Positions 1 to 8,539 of a DNA stretch of 22,767 nucleotides are shown piece after piece (position 1 is the stretch's first letter; the number at the start of each line of letters is the position of its first letter). This stretch comes from an uncultured Chroococcidiopsis sp. (GTDB lineage: Bacteria > Cyanobacteriota > Cyanobacteriia > Cyanobacteriales > Chroococcidiopsidaceae), in NCBI GenBank assembly GCA_964248365.1, contig CAXTYC010000033.1:1-22767 (forward strand). Reading direction: 5' to 3'. A program made the position numbers and the translations under genes. Below the pieces are notes generated by a model. That model saw only the letters and a program-made list of their open reading frames with translations. It searched no databases and had not been told where the DNA came from.

Positions 1-147
1 TATGAATTTGGAATACTAATTTAGATTAAAAACACAGATCTAAAACAATACCCAAGGGGGCTAGAGGGGATCTCCCAGGGCTGAACATCACTAACAAAAG
101 ATGTATTGCCTACTCCCTACTGCCTACTATATGTGCGGCGGTGGAAT

Positions 148-759
148 CTACTTTCTCTTCTTTGTTGGGGACTGAGCAACTCTTGACTCTATGGTAAAAT
201 GTGGTATTGTCAGGAGTTCTGTTTCACTCAAACTATACTGTTCACAAATCAGGCTCAAGCGAGTTCCTGGGGTTTTTACAGGATTGACAGAATGGGTTAA
301 ATTACCTTGAAAGTAAATCAAGGTATTCATTTGTGGCTTAATCTGCCCAACTTGGCGTTTATGATCGTGCAGTACCAGTTCTCCCCCTACCATATCTGAT
401 GGAACTTGAACATAGAGGACACTGACGATCTGGGGCGGCTCGATGGTTTTTAGGTAGGAACGCAACGAGCGATCAATGTGCGGATCTACACGGGAGCCTT
501 CCTTTAACAGTAAAGGATTGAGGTAAAAAGCATTACAATTTGGTAGGATAGCTTTGTTTAGATACGGTTTGAAGAAGGGAAATTGCTGTTCTACTTGTGT
601 CTTTTGCGATCGCACAAACACGACAGAAAATCCCTTGGTATTGACAAAGTCTCGGTTGAGGTTGTTAATAGCAAAGTAAGGGCAAGCCTGAATTTCTCCC
701 CGCAAATCGCTTAGGTAATTGCTGGGAAAGGCTAATGGTTGTTGATGATAGTATTTCAA
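148..759 (-). CDS. 2OG-Fe(II) oxygenase family protein
   Basis: HxD (PHID), distal His (LTHSV) and RxS (RLSL) motifs of 2OG-Fe(II) dioxygenases. Likely start is TTG 759 or GTG 765; the ORF-track extension to 867 only translates intergenic repeats. Confidence 0.8.
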   Translation of the reverse strand: MKYYHQQPLAFPSNYLSDLRGEIQACPYFAINNLNRDFVNTKGFSVVFVRSQKTQVEQQFPFFKPYLNKAILPNCNAFYLNPLLLKEGSRVDPHIDRSLRSYLKTIEPPQIVSVLYVQVPSDMVGGELVLHDHKRQVGQIKPQMNTLIYFQGNLTHSVNPVKTPGTRLSLICEQYSLSETELLTIPHFTIESRVAQSPTKKRK

Positions 760-828
760 AATCACGATTGCGATCGATTGCACAAGTGCAGGAATTAATA
801 TTTCAAGGGAGGAGCCAACCTCCTCACC

Positions 829-857
829 CTTGCACCCAGGCTCAGCCTGGGTACAAG
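829..857. repeat. Palindromic dispersed repeat CTTGCACCCAGGC-TCA-GCCTGGGTACAAG
   Basis: 13-bp stem with one mismatch and a 3-nt loop; a degenerate relative (CCCAAGCTCAGCCC) lies at ~12776-12789. Confidence 0.7.
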
Positions 858-866
858 ATGACAGCA

Positions 867-884
867 TAAGGTGGGCGTGGGTGG
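867..884 (+). repeat. G-rich REP-like dispersed repeat, copy 1 (TAAGGTGGGCGTGGGTGG)
   Basis: Near-identical to copies at 12706-12729, 12746-12769 and 17486-17504. Confidence 0.75.
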
Positions 885-885
885 T

Positions 886-2319
886 CTACGAGGTAGAACT
901 TTGATTTAAAGAGTAGCTTTGGGAAGCGTCTGTGTGGGTGGCTGAAGTTGAGTAATAACTGGCAATAATTGCTACCATTAACCACCAAAGGGTATTAACG
1001 TCAGGTCGATACAAAACTGTATCAAAAGTGTTGTGAGCTAGTATACCAAGTAGGGAAGCGATCGCCCCAATTAACCAAAGTGCTTCACGGCTACGAGTTT
1101 CCCTCAATCGTTTTAGCTGTTGCAAACCCGTATTAAGAGTTACTATTAGCAGCCAAACAAAACAGGCTAAACCAATAAAACCAGTTTCGACAGCCACTTC
1201 TAGCAAAAAGGAATAGGCACTTAAGGCATTATAACGAGGTCGCTGGTAGAGGGGGTAGATTTTGTTAAAAGCAGTATTACCAGGACCAATACCCAGAAAG
1301 GGGCGATCTTTAATCATTTCAATTACCGCCGCCCAAACATTGATACGGAAATTATTACTGCTGTCTCCTCGTCCAGCAAATATGCTAACAAAGCGATCGC
1401 GTACTGGCTCGACAAATAGGAATGCGATCACCAATACAGCAGCCATACTTCCCAAAAGAAGAGGTAACGACCAAGTGCGCCAAAAACGAGGAAGCCGCAC
1501 ACTTAGTAAATACAGCAGCAACACTAGTAAGACAAAAATTGCTACGAGTAAACCAATCCAGCCACCGCGACTAAAAGTTACTATCAAGCAGGCGGTATTA
1601 ACCACAAACATTGTCAGTGCTAGCAGTTTAGGCATCCACCGCCGCCATGCAAAAATTGCTACCACACTGAGGACAACTGCGGGTAAAAGATAACCAGCCA
1701 GTAAGTTAGGATTACCCAAAAAGCTATAGACGCGGGTAGTTTTGGTCATACTAGATTCTGGATCGACCCAAGTAGCCAAAGCAGCTGCACCAAAAAACCA
1801 TTGCTGCAAACCATAGACACTGGTAATGAGTGCTACGTGTAAATAAACAGCGATGATCCAAGAGCGAAAACGGGGCGATCGCAATACTCTAGCAGCAAGA
1901 GCAAACAGCAGTAAATAAAGCGTTAGCTTTGTCCAACCAGTTAGAGCCGCCATTTTCACTGGAGATAAAGCTGTTGCTACGGTAGCAATTCCCCAGTAAA
2001 GTAACACTAGTAAATGAATTGGGGTGATTGTAGGGGCATTCCTTCGTAGATGCCCAACGTCATCTGAAAGGGTGAGTATTACCCAAAAGCTGCCACCTGC
2101 GAATAGCAACACGCCAATTAGCTCATTCGACACAAAAGGAGCCAGAGCAAACACAAGGCTAACGAGCATTGCTGCAAGTGCTTCCGACCAATGCAAAAGC
2201 TGGCTACCAGTTCGCCAAGAGCGTAGCACTCCTACACAAGAACGGTGCAGATAACTTGCACCGCTTAGCTGTTGAAGCGACAAATTAGATAAAGTGAATC
2301 GCTGCCAAACTGAATTCAT
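886..2319 (-). CDS. ictB: IctB family putative bicarbonate transporter / O-antigen ligase (Wzy_C)-like membrane protein
   Basis: Polytopic hydrophobic protein with RVYSFLGNPNLLAGYL, TFSRGGWIG, DSSNNFRINVW and GIGPGN motifs; ATG at 2319 (MNSVWQ). Confidence 0.9.
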   Translation of the reverse strand: MNSVWQRFTLSNLSLQQLSGASYLHRSCVGVLRSWRTGSQLLHWSEALAAMLVSLVFALAPFVSNELIGVLLFAGGSFWVILTLSDDVGHLRRNAPTITPIHLLVLLYWGIATVATALSPVKMAALTGWTKLTLYLLLFALAARVLRSPRFRSWIIAVYLHVALITSVYGLQQWFFGAAALATWVDPESSMTKTTRVYSFLGNPNLLAGYLLPAVVLSVVAIFAWRRWMPKLLALTMFVVNTACLIVTFSRGGWIGLLVAIFVLLVLLLYLLSVRLPRFWRTWSLPLLLGSMAAVLVIAFLFVEPVRDRFVSIFAGRGDSSNNFRINVWAAVIEMIKDRPFLGIGPGNTAFNKIYPLYQRPRYNALSAYSFLLEVAVETGFIGLACFVWLLIVTLNTGLQQLKRLRETRSREALWLIGAIASLLGILAHNTFDTVLYRPDVNTLWWLMVAIIASYYSTSATHTDASQSYSLNQSSTS

Positions 2320-2342
2320 AACCAAAATATTGAAGGATAGCA

Positions 2343-2415
2343 GCCAGTAGTCAGTAGTCAGTGGTCAGTAGCAAAAAACAACGGACACTAACAACTAACA
2401 ACTAATAACGGACTA
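2343..2415. repeat. Short tandem heptamer repeats (CAGTAGT-like followed by the complementary ACAACTA-like type)
   Basis: Degenerate 7-nt periodicity visible in the sequence. Confidence 0.7.
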
Positions 2416-2493
2416 AAAGCTAATAGCCCATTATCCCTAAAAATTTGTCTTTAGCAAGATGTTATAACAATCCCATTTGAATCATGAAATACA

Positions 2494-2628
2494 AAGTATG
2501 AAGTATGAAGTATGAAGTATGAAGTATGAAGTATGAAGTATGAAGTGTGAAATTTAATCTTCAGCCTTTAGCCTTGAACCTTCATCCTTCAACTTTTCCC
2601 TTTTCCCCTTTCCCTTTTCCCTTTTCCC
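2494..2628. repeat. STRR-type array: (AAGTATG)x7 plus one variant, then TTCAGCC/TTCATCC-type units and TTTTCCC-type units
   Basis: Seven perfect AAGTATG copies at 2494-2542 and AAGTGTG at 2543-2549; partly complementary heptamers follow. Confidence 0.95.
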
Positions 2629-4109
2629 TAAGTTAAAGGGTTGCTGGAGGAACTTTCTGATTTTACTGCTAGCTCTGGTAAACTTACCACATAACGATAG
2701 CCTGACTCTGGGGTTCCCAGAACATCGATTTGACCGCCGTGTAACCCTGCCAAAGCCCGACTTAGCAATAATCGTAGACTTTCACAAGAGCGCTTAACAC
2801 TATTAACACTAAGTACTTCGGTTTCTGATAGAGCAAGGCTAGTGAAATCATCTTCTAAGTCGGAATTTTGGTAACTCAAATCCTCGTTGCTTGAGTAACT
2901 GGAGACATTGAGTGCTGGTATCTGATTTATATAGGGATCAACAGGGGTTAGACCTTCTCCTAGCCAGGGATGGGAAACCGAAATCGCTAGGTTTAGACTT
3001 TTAGCTTTGTGTGAGACGTGAATGCGGATGATGCTGCCAGACGTTGCAGCTTGAATCATGCTAGAAATTAGGTGATATAGCAATTGCTTCACCTTATCTT
3101 TATCTATCATCCAAGTTCGATTTTTTGCAGGTTCGAGCGATAGCCGCAGTTTTTGCTCTTTGCGTTGGGCTACCTCTTCTAATGTATTAAGTACTTGTTG
3201 GCAGAGCATTTCAATATCGACAGAGGTCAAATTGAGGGCATGATCGTAGTCCTCCATCATGCCTAGGTGGGAAATTTCATTTACTAGTGAAAGCAAATAT
3301 CGACCACTGTTTTGCACAATATCAAGATATTCTTTCTGTTTATTGGTTAAAGGACCGTAAATTTCTCGACCCACTACATTAGCCATGCCCAGAATAGATG
3401 TTAAGGGAGTGCGTAGTTCCTGTGTTAGCTGCTCTAGTAGTTTTAGTTTGACTTGGATCAGCGGGGATTGTGCTTCGTCGGGAACAGAAGGAGTTGGGGA
3501 AATAAAAACCGACGGAGTTGGCGCTAATTCGCCTTGTTCCAACTTTCCCATCTCTTTAGACTTTAGCAGCCAGCTACGCTCAAATTCACTCATGCTCCAG
3601 CGAGCCATGAGTTCCAAAAATTTCATCTGTTGGGGGGTAAAGATGCGCTTTTCTAGATCCATGACACAGATAGCCCCAAGACTTCGACCAGCAGCATCAA
3701 TCAATGGCACTCCCAGGTAAGAGCGAATTTGGTAGCGCTGCACTAAAATGCTATTGGCAAAAGCTGGGTTACTTAAAGTATCACTGATAGCTACAACTTG
3801 ATTTGTCTCTACCACTTGAGTACAAAACGATTCACTGCATGGTAACTGACGTTCTTGTGCTAGCTGATTCATCAGTCCCAGCCTGGATAAGCCTACAGCT
3901 GACTTAAACCAGTGACGGTTACTGTCTAGAAATCCCAAAATGCATATAGGCACTTCCAACAAGTGGGCAGCAGTTTGAGTAGCTTCCTCGAAAACTGGGA
4001 TTGTTTGGGCTTCTAGCAAGCCTAATTCTAACAATACCTTTTGTCTTTGTTGAGTTGCCAATTCCATGCCAGCATCATACTGGCAAACTAATTTGTTCTC
4101 CGATACCAT
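2628..4109 (-). CDS. GAF-domain histidine kinase-like protein with degenerate catalytic motifs (pseudokinase)
   Basis: N-terminal GAF domain (SFCTQVV...IRSYLGVPL...LGAICVMD); HisKA-like LTQELRTPLTSILG with Q in the His position; HATPase-like tail (LHGGQIDV...G..Y.VSLP) without N, G1 or G2 boxes. Confidence 0.85.
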   Translation of the reverse strand: MVSENKLVCQYDAGMELATQQRQKVLLELGLLEAQTIPVFEEATQTAAHLLEVPICILGFLDSNRHWFKSAVGLSRLGLMNQLAQERQLPCSESFCTQVVETNQVVAISDTLSNPAFANSILVQRYQIRSYLGVPLIDAAGRSLGAICVMDLEKRIFTPQQMKFLELMARWSMSEFERSWLLKSKEMGKLEQGELAPTPSVFISPTPSVPDEAQSPLIQVKLKLLEQLTQELRTPLTSILGMANVVGREIYGPLTNKQKEYLDIVQNSGRYLLSLVNEISHLGMMEDYDHALNLTSVDIEMLCQQVLNTLEEVAQRKEQKLRLSLEPAKNRTWMIDKDKVKQLLYHLISSMIQAATSGSIIRIHVSHKAKSLNLAISVSHPWLGEGLTPVDPYINQIPALNVSSYSSNEDLSYQNSDLEDDFTSLALSETEVLSVNSVKRSCESLRLLLSRALAGLHGGQIDVLGTPESGYRYVVSLPELAVKSESSSSNPLT

Positions 4110-4244
4110 TGCTACCCCTACCTTGCACTTGCGATCGCACGCTATATGTATTTGATCTAACCCCTGTATTAGGGTTATCTACTAGTCTTAAGATTCCCGA
4201 TTTTCAACCAGGATCAACAACTTAGCCGCAAACATTTTGCGCGT

Positions 4245-4440
4245 CTAGGGAGGGGCTAGGGGCAAGAGGCGAGAGGCGAGAGGGGGAGAAGGGGAATCAG
4301 GGGAGAGTGGGAGAGTGGGTTCAGGGGAGATGAAGAATTAACTATTCTGTCTTCTGTCTTCTGTCTTCACAACTCCACAACTGCTTTTCCCTTTCCCCCT
4401 CTTCTAGCCCCTAGCCTCTAGCCCCTAGTTCCTCTAGCCT
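4245..4440. repeat. Intergenic short-period repeat cluster (GGGCTAG, GAGAGGC, GGGAGAGT, TTCTGTC, CTAGCCC)
   Basis: Purine-rich units followed by complementary pyrimidine-rich units; the array runs into the GUN4 3' end. Confidence 0.8.
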
Positions 4441-5155
4441 CTTTTGTCCAAGCTGGATGAGAGAATAAAGCAGCGATGACACGATTGCCGCGAAGTTGAT
4501 TTGACAAGGGTAAGTGACCTACTGGGGCTGTAAGGTTCCAGGTAAACCCATCTGGATAGCGTGTCCATGTATTGCCGTTTTTCCAGCCGATTTTAGTCCA
4601 GAATTTTTCCCAGTTTTTACCCAATGACAGCCAAATTTCTCGCTGGATGGAAAAACCAAACTTACCCTCAGAGTAAACTAACCACAAAGTATTGATGGTT
4701 TGGAGGTCGGTGGGGGTAAAATTTTCTACTTCGGTGAAATACAGCCACTTTCTTTGCACCGCTGCTGCTCCTGCTAGTTCACACATCTTTTGCAGGGTCA
4801 TACGGTCAGCGGATTGAAAATCTTCGGCTATCAACAACTGTTGTAATGGACTGTAGTCTATGCCACGCTCTGATTGCAGGCTGACAAGTCCATTGGGAAA
4901 ATAAGACACAAGAAACTCTTGTGCAGGTGGATAATTGGCAGCATGGAGGATTTGGTAGGCTTTGCCATCGATCCAGTTAGGTGAACCGGAGCGGCGTTCG
5001 AGTAAAAATTCTATCAATACATCTAAGCCTGGATTTCCAAGAGTAGCTAGCTGTGGAATTAGTTGCTGTTGTACTTTTTGGGAGCCAGATGTTAACTGTA
5101 AGCCGAGAGTAGAAAGGTCGATTTGTGAGTCTGATGTGGTAATTGGGTTGGTCAT
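4418..5155 (-). CDS. gun4: GUN4 (Ycf53) porphyrin-binding Mg-chelatase activator
   Basis: SERGIDYSPLQ, RKWLYFTEV, LWLVYSEGKFGFSIQ, TRYP, APVGHLPLSNQLRG motifs plus the cyanobacterial N-terminal helical domain. Confidence 0.93.
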   Translation of the reverse strand: MTNPITTSDSQIDLSTLGLQLTSGSQKVQQQLIPQLATLGNPGLDVLIEFLLERRSGSPNWIDGKAYQILHAANYPPAQEFLVSYFPNGLVSLQSERGIDYSPLQQLLIAEDFQSADRMTLQKMCELAGAAAVQRKWLYFTEVENFTPTDLQTINTLWLVYSEGKFGFSIQREIWLSLGKNWEKFWTKIGWKNGNTWTRYPDGFTWNLTAPVGHLPLSNQLRGNRVIAALFSHPAWTKEARGTRG

Positions 5156-5267
5156 GCCCTCATTATAAATGCGCGCATTTTAGGGACTGATCATTTATTT
5201 AACTATAGGTTGTAAGCGATCGCACAACTTTTAGGGGCGCTTAGGCAAGTTGCCCGAGGCAAGTCTG

Positions 5268-5330
5268 CCCCTCTCCCACTCTCCCACTCTCCACTCCCCT
5301 AGTCCTCAGTCCCTAGCCTCTAGTCCCTAG
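5268..5330. repeat. Pyrimidine-rich short tandem repeats in the gun4-icd divergent region
   Basis: CTCTCCCA and CTAGTCC-type units. Confidence 0.75.
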
Positions 5331-5462
5331 TTGATTGCAGTAAAAACTCTAGCTAAGGCTACATTACTCGTAGCAAAAATCTGCTAGCTTGCGATCTTAA
5401 GCATTGTCTAATGTCACAATTGAAGTTTTCTGCTTAAAACCTGACTTTTGGTGTAGTCCACA

Positions 5463-6887
5463 ATGTACGATAAAATTACTCCTCCTGCTACTGGTTCCCG
5501 TATCACTTTCCGTAACAGCGAACCTATTGTTCCTGATAATCCGATTATTCCTTTTATTCGGGGTGATGGTACAGGGGTTGATATTTGGTCAGCCGCCCAA
5601 AAAGTGTTTGATGCTGCCATTGAAACAGCTTACTCAGGCAAGCGGCAAATTAGTTGGTTCAAGGTGTATGCTGGGGATGAAGCTTGTGAATTATACGGCA
5701 CGTATCAATATTTACCTGAAGACACCTTAACAGCGATTAAAGAATATGGTGTCGCCATCAAAGGACCACTGACAACCCCAGTAGGTGGCGGTATTCGCTC
5801 CTTAAATGTTGCCTTACGACAAATTTTTGATTTGTACGCTTGTGTTCGTCCTTGTCGTTACTACAAAGGTACGCCCTCACCGCACAAAAGCCCAGAAAAG
5901 CTGGATGTGATTGTTTATAGAGAGAATACGGAAGATATTTACTTGGGGATTGAGTGGCGAGCTGGAAGCGAAATTGGCGATCGCTTAATTAAAATTCTCA
6001 ATGAAGATCTAATCCCCGCTACTCCCGAACATGGCAAAAAGCAAATTCCCCTTGACTCGGGGATCGGCATCAAACCTATCAGCAAAAGAGGTTCTCAACG
6101 CCTTGTACGTCGGGCAATGAAACACGCTTTGCTACTCCCCAAAAACAAGCAAATGGTGACTTTGGTGCATAAGGGTAACATCATGAAGTACACCGAGGGA
6201 GCTTTCCGAGATTGGGGTTACGAATTGGCAACAAGCGAGTTTCGCCAAGATTGTATCACAGAACGTGAATCTTGGATATTAAGTAATAAGGAGAAAAACC
6301 CCCTTCTGTCGTTGGAAGATAACGCGCGTCAGATCGATCCTGGGTACGATGCTCTTACCCCAGAAAAACAAGCCCTCATTGTGCAGGAAGTCGAAAGCGT
6401 TCTGAATCAGATTTGGGAAACTCACGGTAATGGTAAGTGGAAAGATAAGGTGATGGTAAACGATCGCATCGCCGATAGTATTTTTCAACAAATCCAAACT
6501 CGACCGGATGAATATTCAATTCTTGCCACAATGAATTTGAATGGAGATTATTTATCCGATGCGGCGGCGGCTATTGTGGGTGGTCTGGGAATGGGACCTG
6601 GTGCTAATATTGGCGATGAATGTGCTATTTTTGAAGCTACTCATGGCACAGCCCCCAAACACGCCGGATTAGATCGGATTAACCCTGGTTCTGTCATCTT
6701 ATCAGGTGTGATGATGCTGGAGTATATGGGATGGCAAGAAGCGGCGGATTTGATTAAGAATGGTTTGGCTTCGGCGATCGCAAATCGTCAAGTTACCTAC
6801 GATTTAGCTCGTTTGATGGAACCACCAGTAGAACCGCTAAAATGTTCCCAATTTGGCGAGGCGATTATTAAACACTTTCAAGGTTAA
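5463..6887 (+). CDS. icd: NADP-dependent isocitrate dehydrogenase
   Basis: [57 protein letters not shown] motifs. Confidence 0.98.
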   Translation: MYDKITPPATGSRITFRNSEPIVPDNPIIPFIRGDGTGVDIWSAAQKVFDAAIETAYSGKRQISWFKVYAGDEACELYGTYQYLPEDTLTAIKEYGVAIKGPLTTPVGGGIRSLNVALRQIFDLYACVRPCRYYKGTPSPHKSPEKLDVIVYRENTEDIYLGIEWRAGSEIGDRLIKILNEDLIPATPEHGKKQIPLDSGIGIKPISKRGSQRLVRRAMKHALLLPKNKQMVTLVHKGNIMKYTEGAFRDWGYELATSEFRQDCITERESWILSNKEKNPLLSLEDNARQIDPGYDALTPEKQALIVQEVESVLNQIWETHGNGKWKDKVMVNDRIADSIFQQIQTRPDEYSILATMNLNGDYLSDAAAAIVGGLGMGPGANIGDECAIFEATHGTAPKHAGLDRINPGSVILSGVMMLEYMGWQEAADLIKNGLASAIANRQVTYDLARLMEPPVEPLKCSQFGEAIIKHFQG

Positions 6888-6912
6888 GTAATTAGTTGCA
6901 TTTTTTGTTGTT

Positions 6913-6954
6913 GCGATCGCCTAGCTTTCAATCGGGATGGGCGATCGCTTTTTT
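6913..6954 (+). terminator. Putative intrinsic terminator built from two HIP1 octamers
   Basis: GCGATCGCCTA...TGGGCGATCGC stem followed by T6, 25 nt after the icd stop. Confidence 0.65.
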
Positions 6955-6977
6955 GTCTGAAAAAGCTAATTTGAAAC

Positions 6978-7154
6978 TTAAAAACCAAAAGCTAAAGCAT
7001 CAAGCATATATTTACTTTTTTCATATCCAACTTCTAGATAAATATCCAACAGTTCTTCATAAGCAGACGAGCCACCTATTATATTCCAAAACTCATTGCC
7101 AATCAAAACAGCTTCTTGAAAAGGTGTATAGTTTAATGCTTGTGACCATTTATA
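6978..7154 (-). pseudogene. C-terminal remnant (~58 aa) of an AvaII/TdeIII-like type II restriction endonuclease
   Basis: YKWSQALNYTPFQEAVLIGNEFWNIIGG..AYEELL.IYLEVG.EKSKYMLDALAFGF resembles the C-terminus of this family as I recall it; the similarity begins exactly at the IS630 left TA. Confidence 0.7.
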
Positions 7155-7238
7155 TAGCAATCCGCGCATCATTTGTGAAAAATCACAGTTGTTGATCTTG
7201 TAAAAATTGTCAGCCCCTAATAGGTGGAGGTAGAAAAG

Positions 7239-7697
7239 ATGGAAGAGTTGATGGAATTCATTCAGGCTCACCCAGACCCCAGAGAACTAAAACGGGCACT
7301 GGCTGTACAAATGGTGATGAAAAACTATAACCATTCAACAAGTGGGGAGATTTTAGGGGTGTCTGTGGGATTTGTAAACAAATGGAAATATATATTTGTA
7401 GAACAGGGTGTAGCCGGACTGAGGCTGGGATACAAAGGGTCAAAAAGTTATCTGGATGCGGCACAAAGAAAAATGGTATTAAACTGGCTAAAACAAAAGA
7501 ATTACTGGCATTTATCAGAATTAAAAGAGTATATAGAAGATAATTTGTCTGTGGTATTTGAGTCGAATCAAAGCTATTACGACTTGTTTAAACAAGCTAA
7601 TATAAGTTGGAAGAAAACACAAAAAATGAATCCTCGGCTCGACCCAAATTTAGTAGCAAAAAAAACTAGAAATAACAGCGTGGCTGGACGCACATAA
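7239..7697 (+). CDS. IS630 transposase OrfA (HTH / winged-HTH part)
   Basis: RELKRALAV...ILGVSVGFVNKW...GLRLGYKGS...SYYDLF..ANISWKKTQ; A8 tract at 7658-7665 at the OrfA/OrfB junction. Confidence 0.85.
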   Translation: MEELMEFIQAHPDPRELKRALAVQMVMKNYNHSTSGEILGVSVGFVNKWKYIFVEQGVAGLRLGYKGSKSYLDAAQRKMVLNWLKQKNYWHLSELKEYIEDNLSVVFESNQSYYDLFKQANISWKKTQKMNPRLDPNLVAKKTRNNSVAGRT

Positions 7698-8268
7698 GCG
7701 CGAGATAGTATCTGGGGAACTCGTAGTTTTCTTTGAAGATGAATGTCATCTGTTGTGGGGAGATATTTGTGGTTATATTTGGGGCAACACCAAAGAACGG
7801 ATTGAAGTGCCAGTGCTAAATGAAAGACAACAACAGACTTATTTCGGCGCGAGCAATTATTACACACAAGAGTTGTTAATTAAACCTTGTAAAAAAGGGG
7901 ATTCCAAAAACGCGATCGCTTGCGGAGAATATTTAATATCTCAGTATCCAAAAAGCCAGATTGCTCTGATTTGGTCTGGTGCTAGTTATCATCGTTCTGC
8001 TGAATTTCAAGATTATTTAGAAATGATTAATCAAGGCTTAAATGAATCCAAATGGAAAGTGACTTGTATTAGACTTGCGCCTAATGATCCAACCCAAAAT
8101 CCTGTAGAGGACATCTGGTTATACGCTAAAAACTTTCTGCGAGAGTTTTCCTATTTATGCAAATCATTTCCTCATGTTAAGAGATTATTTGAACTCGTTA
8201 CTCATCATCAAGTTTTTAACTTTCCAAAAATGTTTATGTATGGTTCCTTTTTTTCACAACTCATTTAG
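7666..8268 (+). pseudogene. IS630 transposase OrfB (DDE domain) with the second catalytic Asp replaced
   Basis: Frame open from the A-tract (LEITAWLD...VFFEDECHLLWGD); IWSGASYH instead of the usual IWDGASYH; QNPVEDIW retains the Glu. Confidence 0.8.
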
Positions 8269-8276
8269 GATTGCTA

Positions 8277-8342
8277 TAGCTCAATTGGTTTAAATAATGG
8301 GAATAATTCTATTTGCTCTACTTGTTGAGCTACAGATTTCAT
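8277..8342 (-). pseudogene. 22-codon N-terminal gene stub cut by IS630 (MKSVAQQVEQIELFPLFKPIEL), possibly from a C5 DNA methyltransferase
   Basis: ATG at 8342 runs in frame up to the IS right-end TA. The MTase identity is inferred from context and a QxELF-type leader only. Confidence 0.4.
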
Positions 8343-8539
8343 ATTATGCGTCAATGCTAGATTATACCTAACTTTACATAAATATAGTATAAAACATTGC
8401 CAGCAAGATTACTAATCTGTTAGGACATTATCAATTAAGACAATTGATAATTGATAATTGTAGTGATGAACCCTAATTTTTTAATCCCTGCTGATAACGA
8501 AGTGCGCTTTTACTCTTAAACGGACAATTAATGGTATAA

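Larger units (their letters stand above)
7155..8276 (+). mobile_element. IS630-family insertion sequence (1122 bp), probably non-autonomous
   Basis: Imperfect terminal inverted repeats TAGCAATCC...TGTGAAAAA at both ends, flanking TA dinucleotides at 7153-7154 and 8277-8278, and a split transposase inside. Confidence 0.9.

Noticed and set aside
760..867. N-terminal extension of the 2OG oxygenase
   Set aside because: It mostly translates dispersed palindromic repeats; the real start is probably 759 or 765.
5200..5400. NtcA site upstream of icd
   Set aside because: I found no perfect GTA-N8-TAC, only one-mismatch variants, one of them centred on a HIP1 site.
6978..7271. 97-aa ORF as an intact gene
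   Set aside because: The first 39 codons are antisense IS630 sequence; only 6978-7154 is gene-derived.
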